Of a DNA stretch of 32,000 nucleotides, positions 1 through 9,075 are shown one piece after another; within the stretch, counting starts at the first letter, position 1; every line of letters starts with the position of its first letter. Made by a program: the position numbers and the translations under genes. The notes beneath the pieces were generated by a model. That model saw only the letters and a program-made list of their open reading frames with translations. It ran no database searches and was not told the origin of the DNA. The DNA is from Phycisphaera mikurensis NBRC 102666 (GTDB taxonomy: Bacteria > Planctomycetota > Phycisphaerae > Phycisphaerales > Phycisphaeraceae), in contig NC_017080.1 in NCBI RefSeq assembly GCF_000284115.1, positions 2,160,001 through 2,192,000 of the forward strand, written 5' to 3'.

Positions 1-27
1 CCGAGGCGCCGGAGTATTCTAGAAGAC

Positions 28-735
28 ATGCCCCACCCCCGCCTCCTTCCGCCCGGCCCCGCGGCGTCGCTGCTCGCGGTGCTCGCGTGCTGCTTCCTGC
101 TCCCCGCGCCCGCCCACGCGGCCCTCTTCGGCGACAACCCCGTGGACCTCCCGATCAAGGAGTTCGTCGCCAGCCCCAACCACAACAACCGCCCGGCCGG
201 GGTCACCGTCGACACGGTGGTGATCCACACGACGGAAGGATCCCTGGGCGGAACGCTGAGCTGGCTGCAGAACCCCGTGTCACAGGTCTCCGCACACTTC
301 GTGATCGCGCAGAACGGCGACCTGTACCAGATGGTCAACTCGCGGAAGCGGGCGTGGCACGCGACCTACTACAACGCGCGGTCGATCGGCGTGGAGATGG
401 TGGGGTACGCCGGCCGCGCCGACACCTGGAACGACGCGAACCTGGCGACGCTGGCGAGCGTGCTCGCCTGGTCGTCCGTGGAGTTCGGCATCGAGCTCGA
501 GCGTCCGCTGGGCAACGCCTACGGCGACGCGAACAACACCTTCCGCGGGACCGGCCTCGTCGGCCACGCCCAGATCCAGCCGTGGAACAAGTCCGACCCC
601 GGCGTCTTCTTCCCCTGGGACCGGGTCGAGGCCGACGCCCGGGCGGTGGTGGCCGCCGCCGTGCCCGAGCCGGGCACCGCCGCGGCGCTGCTGATCACGC
701 TGGGCTGCCTTTGCCGCGGCCGTCGCGCGGCCTGA
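28..735 (+). CDS. N-acetylmuramoyl-L-alanine amidase (AmpD/Amidase_2-like) with PEP-CTERM sorting signal
   Basis: N-terminal signal-like hydrophobic stretch; amidase-like motifs VVIHTTEGS, SAHFVIAQNGDLYQMV, SIGVEMVG, GHAQIQPWNKSDPGVFFPW; C-terminus VPEPGTAAALLITLGCLCRGRRAA fits PEP-CTERM (PEP + TM + Arg). Confidence 0.87.
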   Translation: MPHPRLLPPGPAASLLAVLACCFLLPAPAHAALFGDNPVDLPIKEFVASPNHNNRPAGVTVDTVVIHTTEGSLGGTLSWLQNPVSQVSAHFVIAQNGDLYQMVNSRKRAWHATYYNARSIGVEMVGYAGRADTWNDANLATLASVLAWSSVEFGIELERPLGNAYGDANNTFRGTGLVGHAQIQPWNKSDPGVFFPWDRVEADARAVVAAAVPEPGTAAALLITLGCLCRGRRAA

Positions 736-775
736 CGCGGGGCCACATCCTTTGGGGCCGGATGGTCGGCACCCT

Positions 776-884
776 GGGTGCCACGCCGCTTGCGGGGTGG
801 CCGCCGCCGGGGGGCGACGCCAGCGGATCCGCGGATCGGCCGCGTGTCCTGCGGACACCGCACCCCGCAAGCGGCGTGGCACCC
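776..884. repeat. 109-bp palindromic element (24-bp perfect inverted repeat with 61-bp spacer)
   Basis: GGGTGCCACGCCGCTTGCGGGGTG (776-799) is the exact reverse complement of CACCCCGCAAGCGGCGTGGCACCC (861-884). The spacer contains GCGGATCCGC (823-832) and the hairpin GTGTCC-TGC-GGACAC (844-858). Confidence 0.85.
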
Positions 885-987
885 GGGCATCGGTTCGATT
901 CGGTCGATGTGTCGGCGGTCGAGTCTGGAGGATCGTGCACCTCCACCAGAATCCGCTCGGTGCCGAGGTCGATCCTTCGGATGCGTT

Positions 988-2790
988 TTAGACCTTGAAG
1001 ATCGCGCCGAGCTTCTTGCCCATCAGGATGCTCGCGCCCACGAGCGTGACGGTCAGCAGGGCCATGCCCCACACCCCCATGGCCGAAGCGATGGCGGGGC
1101 CGTCGCCGAGGCGGTTGAAGAGCGTCCAGATCGCCTTGGTGATCGGGTAGTGCGGCTCCTTCTCGGCGAGGATCAGCGAGTCGCTGACCTCCAGCATCGC
1201 GAAGCTGAAGACGAGGATGCCGCCGGCGATCAGGTTCGCGAGGATCAGCGGGATCACCACCCGCCGGATCGCCTGCAGCGGCGTGGCGCCCAGGTTCAAG
1301 GCGGCCTCTTCCAGGTCGCCGCTGGTCTGCTCGAGCCCGGCGGCGGCGGACCGCAGGATGTAGGGCAGCCGGCGGATCGTGTAAGCGATCACGAGGAAGA
1401 CCAGCGGGTTGGGGTTCTGGCCGCGGACCGACAGCAGCGACGCCACGCCGTCCAGGCCCGCCGCCGCGGCGGCCTCCCGCAGCGCCGGGAAGGGCCAGGC
1501 CAGCGACATCGCGACGTAGCCGAAGGCCATCACCAGCCCGGGCACCGCGAGCGGGAGCATGCCGAGCGTGTCCAGGAGAGCCGCCCCCCGCAGCCGCCAC
1601 CGCACCACGACGTACGCGATGGCCAGGCCGATGGCGATGCAGAAGACCATCGCGGTCACGGCGTAGATCAGCGAGTTGGTGATGGAGGTCATCGCCAGCT
1701 CGTGGGTGAGCGCCCCCTCGAAGTGGTCCAGCGTGAATTCCTGCGGGAGGATCGTGCGGTACCAGCTGCCGTCGGCGGCCAGCGCGGAGAGCACCACGCC
1801 CAGGTGCGGCAGCAGCGCAGCGGCCGTGACGCCGACGAACAGCGCGAGCGCGGCCAGGCCGCGCCAGCCGGTGAGCGCCTTCTCCGCCACCGCGGCCGTC
1901 GCCTTGCCCTGCATCGCGTACGCCCGGCCGCCGAACGCGAAGCGGCCGGCCGCGTACATCGCCAGCGCGGCGAAGAGCATCACCACGACCAGCGCGTACG
2001 GCCGCGGGCTGGTCTCGATCTCCTGCAGGCCGTAGAAGACCTGCACGGGCGTGACCTGCTTGAACTCGAACATGAGCGGGGTGCCCAGCTCGGTGAAGCT
2101 CCAGATGAAGACGATCGTGCAGCCGGCGAAGACGCCGGGGAGGATCAGCGGGAGCGTGCAGCGGAAGAAGCGTCGGACGCGGCCGGCGCCGAGATTCTCG
2201 GCGGCCTCGTCCAGCGAGGGGTCGAGGTTCGCCAGCGCCGCGACGATGTTGAGGTACGCGATCGGGTAGAGGTGCAGCGCCTCCATCAGCACGACGGCAC
2301 CGAAGCGGCCGATGCCCGAGCCGCCGAGGAAGTCGATGCCGGGCTGCTGCGGGTCGAGCAGGCCGATCGACACCAGCGTCGAGTTGATCGCCCCGAAGCG
2401 GCCCAGCAGCGCCTGCAACCCGATCGCGCCCACGAACGGAGGCAGGATCAGCGGCACGAGCACCAGCGAGCTGACCGCCGCCTTGCCGGGGAAGCGGAAG
2501 CCTGCCGCCAGCACCGCCATCGGCAGCGAGATCAGCAGGCACAGCGTCGTGGTGAACACCGCGATCAGGGTCGCGTTGATCAGCCCCGCCCGGTACGCCG
2601 GGTCGCGCAGCACGCCGACGCCCTCCCCGAAGAAGTACTTCAGCGTGAAGCCGCCGTCCTCGCCGACGAAGCCCTTCACGACCACGAGCACGATCGGCCA
2701 GATCAGGAAGACCGAGAGGATCGCCAGCAGGGCCAGGAACAGGCCGTAGCGCGAGCAGGTCCGGGCGCTGGGGTGTCCGACGTTGAGCAT
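988..2790 (-). CDS. ABC transporter permease, two fused permease domains (iron(III)/FbpB-like)
   Basis: 600 aa with many TM segments; two binding-protein-dependent permease domains with EAA-like loops (DEAAENLGAGRVRRFFRCTLPLILPG; EEAALNLGATPLQAIRRVVIPLI). Confidence 0.87.
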   Translation of the reverse strand: MLNVGHPSARTCSRYGLFLALLAILSVFLIWPIVLVVVKGFVGEDGGFTLKYFFGEGVGVLRDPAYRAGLINATLIAVFTTTLCLLISLPMAVLAAGFRFPGKAAVSSLVLVPLILPPFVGAIGLQALLGRFGAINSTLVSIGLLDPQQPGIDFLGGSGIGRFGAVVLMEALHLYPIAYLNIVAALANLDPSLDEAAENLGAGRVRRFFRCTLPLILPGVFAGCTIVFIWSFTELGTPLMFEFKQVTPVQVFYGLQEIETSPRPYALVVVMLFAALAMYAAGRFAFGGRAYAMQGKATAAVAEKALTGWRGLAALALFVGVTAAALLPHLGVVLSALAADGSWYRTILPQEFTLDHFEGALTHELAMTSITNSLIYAVTAMVFCIAIGLAIAYVVVRWRLRGAALLDTLGMLPLAVPGLVMAFGYVAMSLAWPFPALREAAAAAGLDGVASLLSVRGQNPNPLVFLVIAYTIRRLPYILRSAAAGLEQTSGDLEEAALNLGATPLQAIRRVVIPLILANLIAGGILVFSFAMLEVSDSLILAEKEPHYPITKAIWTLFNRLGDGPAIASAMGVWGMALLTVTLVGASILMGKKLGAIFKV

Positions 2791-2918
2791 CGGGGGCGGA
2801 GCCTACCGACGCGGCGGCAGCGGTTCGCCGGCGAGCGGGCGCGGGTCACGAGGCGGCCGCGACCTCCGGTGCCGGAGGGAGCGACGGAACCGGGTCCACG
2901 CCCACCGGCACGCCGCCG

Positions 2919-4397
2919 TCACGCCGCGAATCCCTGGATCGCCAGCGTCAGTCCGTCGGCCTGGATGTTCACGAACAGCGTGCTCCCGTCCGGCGAGAAG
3001 CAGCTGCCGGCGAACTCGCTCTTGCTCACGACGTTGCGCCCCAGCGGGTACAGCCGGCCCGCGGGCGTGACGCCGACGAGGCGGTTGCCCTGGCCGGCGT
3101 CCTCGCACACCACCAGGTGGCCGTTGGGGTGGATCGTGAGGTTGTCGGCGTTCTTCACCAGCGTGTGGTCGTTGGGCTCGAGGAACAGCTCGAGCCGGCC
3201 GGGGAAGCGGGCCTCCTCGGCCTGCCCCTCGAAGCGCGAGGGCACGTAGCGGAAGATCTGGCCGATCCGCTCGCGGCCGCCGGTGGTGCAGGCGATGAAG
3301 ACGCCGCGGTCGCTGTGCCAGATGCCCTCGGCCCGGGCGAAGCGGGCGGCGCCGGCGTCGAAGGCCCGGTACCGCAGGTCGTCGGCGGGGGTGTCGACGT
3401 CATCGAGATCGATCCAGCGCACCTCCACCACCTCGTTTTGCGCGAGCGTCGGACCGCCGACGGCCCCGCCGGCGGCCTGGGCGGAGCCGCCGGCCTGCGC
3501 CTGGGCGTGGTTGTCGATCCAGTTGCGGGTGTCCAGCGAAGGACGATCGGCGACGGACAGCGCCTGCAGCCGCCCGCCGGCTGGCAGGTTCCCCGGCTCG
3601 TTGGGGAGGAAGCGCGTGATCAGCCCGTCCTGCCGGTCCTCGGTCTGGTAGACGATCCCGCTGGCGGGCTCCACCGCCACGGCCTCGTGGTTGAAGCGGC
3701 CCATCGCCCGCAGCGGAACGGGGTCGGCGAGGCCCGAGTCGCCGCTGGCGGGCACCTCGAAGTTGTAGCCATGGTCCTCGCCACGGCCGTCCTCGCCGGC
3801 GGAGTGGGTGGTCTCCTCGCAGGTGATCCAGCTGCCCCAGGGCGTGTGGCCGCCGGCGCAGTTGCGCTCGGTGCCCGCGAGCGAGAGGTGCTGGTGCACC
3901 GTCTGGCCGGTCGCCGGGTCGTAGACGAGCGTGGTGCAGCCGCCGAGACCGGGCCGCGCCCCCGGCACGGTCGGCTCGCGGTCGGCGCCGGCGTCGTACA
4001 GCTTCGACACCGGGACCCGCCCGACGAGCTCGCGCCGCCAGCCGAAGGCGCCGCGGCCGGCCGGGGCGTTGGCCAGCTCGTGGTTGCGGACGAGCACGAC
4101 GCGGCCGCCGGGGCCCGGGAAGGCCGCCATGCCATCGGGCGCCCCGGGCAGGATCAGCCCGTCGTTCATCACCTCGCCGGCCCGGGAGAGGATGCGGTAC
4201 GTGAAGCCCTCCGGGAGCTCGATGATCCCGTGCGGGTCGGTGACCAGCGGGCCGTAGCCGGCGGAGCCTTCGGCCGACCCGTCGAGGGCGGCGGCGGCGG
4301 AGGCGTCGAAGCGGGCGAGCCCGCCGAAGGCGGCGGAGGCGGCGGCCGCGGCCCGCAGGAAGCCGCGGCGAGAGAGGGCGGAGGAGGATTGGGACAT
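2919..4397 (-). CDS. DUF839/PhoX-family alkaline phosphatase-like protein with Tat signal
   Basis: Tat-like N-terminus SRRGFLRAAAAASAAFGG; PhoX-like stretches (LVRNHELAN, GCTTLVYDPATG, NCAGGHTPWGSWITCEET, FNHEAVAVEPASGIVYQTED, DGSTLFVNIQ). Confidence 0.88.
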   Translation of the reverse strand: MSQSSSALSRRGFLRAAAAASAAFGGLARFDASAAAALDGSAEGSAGYGPLVTDPHGIIELPEGFTYRILSRAGEVMNDGLILPGAPDGMAAFPGPGGRVVLVRNHELANAPAGRGAFGWRRELVGRVPVSKLYDAGADREPTVPGARPGLGGCTTLVYDPATGQTVHQHLSLAGTERNCAGGHTPWGSWITCEETTHSAGEDGRGEDHGYNFEVPASGDSGLADPVPLRAMGRFNHEAVAVEPASGIVYQTEDRQDGLITRFLPNEPGNLPAGGRLQALSVADRPSLDTRNWIDNHAQAQAGGSAQAAGGAVGGPTLAQNEVVEVRWIDLDDVDTPADDLRYRAFDAGAARFARAEGIWHSDRGVFIACTTGGRERIGQIFRYVPSRFEGQAEEARFPGRLELFLEPNDHTLVKNADNLTIHPNGHLVVCEDAGQGNRLVGVTPAGRLYPLGRNVVSKSEFAGSCFSPDGSTLFVNIQADGLTLAIQGFAA

Positions 4398-4452
4398 GGG
4401 CCGTCAGCGTATTCCGGCTCGCCGGGTCCTCACGCAAAACACACGCCCCGGG

Positions 4453-5112
4453 TCATGCCCGAACGAGCCGTCGCCCCTCCAACCGGTGCCGTCCACCCGC
4501 GACCAGCCGGATCGCGTCGGGGAAGGCGGTCTTCTCCTGTTCCCAAACCCGCCGCTTCAGCGAGTCCGCCGTGTCGTCGGTTTCCACGGGGCAGCAGCGC
4601 TGCACGAGGATCGGGCCGGTGTCGTACGCCTCGTCGGCGAGGTGGACCGTGCAGCCCGAGACCCGGACGCCGCTTTCGAGGACGGCGCGGTGTACCCGGT
4701 TGCCGTACATGCCCAGCCCGCCGAACGCCGGCAGCAGCGACGGGTGGATGTTCAGCACGCGGCCGCGGTGGTCCTCGGGGATGTGCAGCAGCGAGAGGAA
4801 TCCGGCGAGGCAGACCAAGTCGACGCGGTGATCGCGCAGGTAGCCGAACACGTGCTCCGACAGCCCGACGCCGGCGGGCTTGTCCGCCGGGTCGGCCACC
4901 GGCAAGCCGCGTTGCTTCGCCCGGGCGAGGCCGACCGCGTCGGCGCGGGAGGCGGTGACCGCGACGATCTCGGCATCGAGCCGACCGGCGTCGATCTCGT
5001 CCTGCAGGTTCAGCAGCGTCGTGCCGCCGCCGGAGATCAGCACGCCCAGCCGCGGGCGCCGGACGGCGGGCGGGAGCCGCAGCGGCGGGGTAGAAGGGGC
5101 GTCGCTGCTCAT
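4453..5112 (-). CDS. purN: Phosphoribosylglycinamide formyltransferase
   Basis: LGVLISGGGTTLLN, VDLVCLAGFLSLL, LNIHPSLLPAFGG, SGCTVHLADEAYDTGPILVQRCCPV are PurN hallmarks. Confidence 0.93.
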   Translation of the reverse strand: MSSDAPSTPPLRLPPAVRRPRLGVLISGGGTTLLNLQDEIDAGRLDAEIVAVTASRADAVGLARAKQRGLPVADPADKPAGVGLSEHVFGYLRDHRVDLVCLAGFLSLLHIPEDHRGRVLNIHPSLLPAFGGLGMYGNRVHRAVLESGVRVSGCTVHLADEAYDTGPILVQRCCPVETDDTADSLKRRVWEQEKTAFPDAIRLVAGGRHRLEGRRLVRA

Positions 5113-5127
5113 GTCCGCAAGCTACCG

Positions 5128-6090
5128 ATGCCCGACCCCGCGCCCCGAACCCGCCTCGCGCCCTCGCCCACAGGCGCTCTTCATCTCGGCAACGCCCGGA
5201 CCTTCCTCGTGAACTGGGCCCTCGCGCGGAAGCGCGGCTGGCGGATCCTCCTGCGCGTCGAGGACCTCGACACCCCGCGGACGCGGGAAGGCGCCGCGGA
5301 GCAGGCGATCGACGACCTCCGCTACCTCGGCCTCGATTGGGACGAAGGCCCGGCCTACCAGTCGCCGCTGCTCGGCACGGAGGGCCCCTACGCGGCGGCG
5401 CTGCGGCGGCTCCGCGACGCCGGCCACACGTACCCGTGCCCGGCGACGCGGCGTGACCTGGAGGCGGCGAGCGCCCCCCACGAGGGCGACCCGCACGAGC
5501 TGCGGTATCCGAATCTCTGGCGGCCGCCCGCCCCGCCGCTTCCCGCGGGCGTGCCGCTGGCGGAGCGGCTGATCGTCCCGCCGGGCGGGGTCGCCTTCGT
5601 CGACGCGGTGGCCGGTCCGCGTGCCTTCGACGTCGGCGGGACCGTCGGCGACTTCCTGCTCTGGACCAAGGCCGGCCTGCCCAGCTACCAGCTCGCGGTC
5701 GTGGTCGACGACGCGCGGCAGGGGGTCACCCACGTCGTCCGCGGCAACGACCTCCTGCCCTCGACGTCCCGGCAGGTCCTCCTCTACCAACGCCTGGGCT
5801 TGGGCCCGCCTCCCGCGTGGTTCCACCTCCCGCTGGTCCGCGGCGAGGATGGCCGCCGGCTGGCCAAGCGGCACGGCGACACCCGCCTCGCGTCGTACCG
5901 TGAGGCCGGCGTTCCCGGCGAGCGGGTGGTTGCGCTGCTCGCCCGCTGGAGCGGGATGCCCGCCGAGCTCGCGGGCGAGGCGATGACCGCCGCGGCCTTT
6001 GCGCACGCCTTCGAGCTCCGGGACCTGCCCGCCGATGACGTCACGTTCACCCGAGAGGATCACGCATGGCTGACCGACGCCGCGACCTGA
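5128..6090 (+). CDS. gluQ: Glutamyl-Q tRNA(Asp) synthetase
   Basis: In-frame ATG at 5128 inside ORF 4396-6090; TRLAPSPTGALHLGNARTFLVNW (HIGH-like), RVEDLDTPR, LRYLGLDWDEGP, GRRLAKRHGD (KMSKS-like); length fits GluQ-RS. Confidence 0.9.
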   Translation: MPDPAPRTRLAPSPTGALHLGNARTFLVNWALARKRGWRILLRVEDLDTPRTREGAAEQAIDDLRYLGLDWDEGPAYQSPLLGTEGPYAAALRRLRDAGHTYPCPATRRDLEAASAPHEGDPHELRYPNLWRPPAPPLPAGVPLAERLIVPPGGVAFVDAVAGPRAFDVGGTVGDFLLWTKAGLPSYQLAVVVDDARQGVTHVVRGNDLLPSTSRQVLLYQRLGLGPPPAWFHLPLVRGEDGRRLAKRHGDTRLASYREAGVPGERVVALLARWSGMPAELAGEAMTAAAFAHAFELRDLPADDVTFTREDHAWLTDAAT

Positions 6091-6779
6091 AGCACCGCAC
6101 CGGGTCACGGAGCCACGGCCCCGGGGCGTCCACGCGGTGGCGGCCCGCGGCCCGCGAACACGGCGACGGACGCAGCTCGCGCGTGGAGCCTCCGGGGCCG
6201 CGTCGCGGCGCGGCCGCTCCGCCTGCGGGCGCCAAGCCGCCACGGGCTGCCCGGGCGCGGGCGGTCGGCCCGAGGACACGCGTTGCGCTCGGGGCCGCCG
6301 CGTTCTGCGTGCTGCTGGGTCTGGTCGGCGCGGGCATCGGTTGCGACCGCGGCCCCGCGGCCGCCGTGGCCGTCGCACCCGACACGGTGGAGGCGACGAT
6401 CGGCGGCCGCTCCTTCACGCTGCAGACCGCCGTCACCGAGGAGCAGCGATACCGCGGGCTCTCCGGCGTCGCCAGCCTCCCGCCCGGCGGCGGCATGGTG
6501 TTCGCATTCCCCGACGCGGCGCCGCGTGCGTTCGTGATGCGGGACTGCTTGATCCCGCTGGACATCGTCTTCCTCGATCCCGGCGGGCGCGTCATCCGCA
6601 CCGCTCACATGCCGCTCGAGCCCGCGGGCACGCCGGAGCGCTCGCTGCCGCGGTACGAGAGCGGCTACCCGAGCCAGTTCGTGATCGAGCTGGCCGGGGG
6701 CACGCTCGAGACGCTGCGGCTCGTGGCGGGCGACGCGGTCGGCCTGCCCTACGAAGCGCTCCGGGCCGCGGCGGAGTAG
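6066..6779 (+). CDS. DUF192-family protein, probable lipoprotein
   Basis: DUF192 signature EQRYRGLSGVASLPPGGGMVFAFPDAAPRAFVMRDCLIPLDIVFLD; hydrophobic stretch then GAGIGC lipobox-like motif. Start uncertain; overlaps end of gluQ. Confidence 0.85.
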   Translation: MADRRRDLKHRTGSRSHGPGASTRWRPAAREHGDGRSSRVEPPGPRRGAAAPPAGAKPPRAARARAVGPRTRVALGAAAFCVLLGLVGAGIGCDRGPAAAVAVAPDTVEATIGGRSFTLQTAVTEEQRYRGLSGVASLPPGGGMVFAFPDAAPRAFVMRDCLIPLDIVFLDPGGRVIRTAHMPLEPAGTPERSLPRYESGYPSQFVIELAGGTLETLRLVAGDAVGLPYEALRAAAE

Positions 6780-6924
6780 GCGGCGCCGCGGATAGCGGGC
6801 TCGGCGGCCGCCGCCGCCCGGCGGTCCGCGGGGGCGCCGCTGGGTCTCAAGCCGGCTCCCCCGGTCGCCGATCCACGGCGGTGCGGCCGCTCGCCGCCGC
6901 TCCGCTGCCCCCCGCGACCGCCGC

Positions 6925-8202
6925 ATGCACCCGCCCCAGCTGCTCATCCTCGAGTCCGACGACGCCGCTCCCGGGGCCTACGGCCGCATCGGCCTCCGCC
7001 ACGCGCTCCGGCGTGCGGGCCTGCCGCCGTCGGCCTGCCGCGTCCAGCGGCTCGGGGACTTCCTCTCGCGAGAAGCGACGCCGGCCAGCGCCGCCGGCTT
7101 CGCCGCCTGGCTGATCACCGGGCCCGCGACCCCCGCCGCCAGCGTGGACGAGGCGGTGGAACGCCTCGCGGCGCTGCACGCGCCGGTCGCCCTGACGCGG
7201 CAGCTCCGCAGCGGCGAGCGGGCCGCGGCCCCGGGGGAGGCCGTCATCGAGCTCGACCCCCGCACGCCGCTCGAAGCCACCGCGGCCGTCCTGGCCGCGC
7301 TCGCGCAGCAGGCCCGCCCCCAGGCGGCGCTCGCCGCCGAGCGTCACCTGCTCAAGCGGCAGCACGACGGGCTCAGCAAAGAGATGTCGCGGCTGAACGA
7401 AGAGCTGCGCATGGCGATGAAGATCCAGCGGGGCTTCCTGCCGGACGACGTGCCCGGCTTCGGCCCGCTGAGCGTCGGCGTGATGTGGCGACCGGCGGGC
7501 TACGTCGGCGGCGACCTCTACGACGTCGTCCGCCTCGACGAGCACCACGTGGGCGTCTTCGTCGTCGACGCGGTCGGGCACGGGATCCCCGCGGCGCTGA
7601 TGTCGATCTACATCCGCCAGATCCTCAAGCAGCGCGAGCTGACACCCGGCCGGGGCGGCGGCTACCGCCTGATCGAGCCCGGCGAAACGCTCCGACGCCT
7701 CAACGAGCACCTCCTCGATCTCGGCCACGGAGCGACGGCGCTGGCCACCGCCGTCGTCGGGGTGCTCGACACCCGCAGCGGAGAGCTGCGCGTCGCCCGC
7801 GCGGGCCACCCCCTGCCGCTGCTGCTCCGCCGCGGCGAGCCCGCCGAGGTGATCGGCCCCGAGGGCCCGATGCTCGGCGTCTTCGCCTGCGAGCACTTCG
7901 ACCAGCAAACGCTGCGGCTGCGCGACGGCGACCGGCTGCTCCTCTACAGCGACGGCTTCGAGCTCGCGTTCCCGAACCCCGAGCGGCCCGGCGATGCACC
8001 CGGCCGCCTCCGCGCCAGCGAGCGGTACGTCGAGGAGTTCGGGACCTTCGCCGACGCTCCCGCCGATGAGGCGATGCAGCGCTTCCGCGACCGCCTCGAA
8101 GCCGAAACCGGTTCCCTGCACCCGCCGGACGATCTCACCCTGGTCTGCCTGGCGGTGGACGGGGCGTGGGGGGACGAGGCGGCGTTGCGGGCGGCGGCGT
8201 AG
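6925..8202 (+). CDS. SpoIIE/RsbU-like PP2C serine phosphatase with N-terminal region
   Basis: EELRMAMKIQRGFLPDDVP, YVGGDLYDVVRLDEHHVGVFVVDAVGHGIPAALMS, GDRLLLYSDGFELAFPN are RsbU/SpoIIE signatures. Confidence 0.9.
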   Translation: MHPPQLLILESDDAAPGAYGRIGLRHALRRAGLPPSACRVQRLGDFLSREATPASAAGFAAWLITGPATPAASVDEAVERLAALHAPVALTRQLRSGERAAAPGEAVIELDPRTPLEATAAVLAALAQQARPQAALAAERHLLKRQHDGLSKEMSRLNEELRMAMKIQRGFLPDDVPGFGPLSVGVMWRPAGYVGGDLYDVVRLDEHHVGVFVVDAVGHGIPAALMSIYIRQILKQRELTPGRGGGYRLIEPGETLRRLNEHLLDLGHGATALATAVVGVLDTRSGELRVARAGHPLPLLLRRGEPAEVIGPEGPMLGVFACEHFDQQTLRLRDGDRLLLYSDGFELAFPNPERPGDAPGRLRASERYVEEFGTFADAPADEAMQRFRDRLEAETGSLHPPDDLTLVCLAVDGAWGDEAALRAAA

Positions 8203-8203
8203 T

Positions 8204-8311
8204 GGAGAAGTGGGGAAGCGAAGAAGCGAAGAAGCGAAGAAGCGAAGAAGCGAAGAAGTGAAGAAGCGAGGAAGCGGAGAAGCGGAGAAGCGGAGAAGTG
8301 GGGAAGTGAGG
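8204..8311 (+). repeat. 8-bp-periodic purine tandem repeat (unit AGAAGCGA and variants), about 13 units
   Basis: Direct reading: agaagtgg ggaagcga (agaagcga)x4 agaagtga agaagcga ggaagcgg agaagcgg agaagcgg agaagtgg ggaagtga. Confidence 0.9.
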
Positions 8312-8411
8312 CATTGAGGATGCGAGGGGGTGGGGGGTTGGCGGGGTGAGGGAGAGAGGGAGCGGGGGTTGGAGCGGGGGGTGCGGCTTCGGCGTGGCCT
8401 AGCGTCCGCTC

Positions 8412-9017
8412 ATGCCCGATCTCGACGACATCGCCGCCCGCTTCGCGGAAGACCGTTACCTGCTCCGCCGGAAGTTCTTTCGGATCTTCGGCGGGGGCTT
8501 CCACCTCTACGGCGAGGACGGCGAGCTGAAGCTGTACACGGAGATGAAGCGTTTCAAGCTCCGCGAGGACATCCGGCTCTACAGCGACGAGTCCATGGAG
8601 ACCGAGATCCTGAAGATCTCGACCAAGAGCATCTTCGACATCTCCGGCAGCTACGCGGTAGTAGACACCCTCTCCGGCGAGACCGTCGGCGGGCTGCGGC
8701 GCAAGGGGCTCAAGAGCTTCTTCAAGGACGAGTGGGTCATCCTCGACGAGCACGGCGAGGACCTGGGCAGCATCAAGGAGGACGGCACCTTCCGCGCCCT
8801 CGCCCGCCGGGCGCTCGATGCCGCCGCCATCCTGATGCCGCAGGGCTTCCACGTCGAGATCGGCGGCGCCCCGGTTGCGACCTTCAAGCAGCAGTTCAAC
8901 CCCTTCATCCAGAAGCTCGACCTCGACTTCACGCCCGACACGAGCGGCAGACTCGACCGGCGCTTGGGGCTGGCCGCGGCGGTGCTGATCCTGGCGATCG
9001 AGGGGAAGCAGGGGTAA
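8412..9017 (+). CDS. LURP-one-related / Tubby-like beta-barrel family protein
   Basis: DRYLLRRKFFRIFGGGFHLYGEDGELKLYTEMKRFKLREDIRLYSDE...ILKISTKSIFDISGSYAVVDTLSGETVGGLRRKGLKS; pattern recognition of LURP-one-like proteins. Confidence 0.75.
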   Translation: MPDLDDIAARFAEDRYLLRRKFFRIFGGGFHLYGEDGELKLYTEMKRFKLREDIRLYSDESMETEILKISTKSIFDISGSYAVVDTLSGETVGGLRRKGLKSFFKDEWVILDEHGEDLGSIKEDGTFRALARRALDAAAILMPQGFHVEIGGAPVATFKQQFNPFIQKLDLDFTPDTSGRLDRRLGLAAAVLILAIEGKQG

Positions 9018-9075
9018 GGATCGACCGCCCGCAGAGGCGGTCCGGGGGTGGCGCACGGTGCGCTAGCGTCGCGCG

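Noticed and set aside
892-901. GGTTCGATTC resembling a tRNA T-loop
   Set aside because: No acceptor, D or anticodon arms could be built around it.
778-3249. 823-aa plus-strand ORF opposite the ABC permease
   Set aside because: Antisense shadow ORF of a clear permease gene; low-complexity R/A/E/H-rich translation typical of the unused strand in GC-rich DNA.
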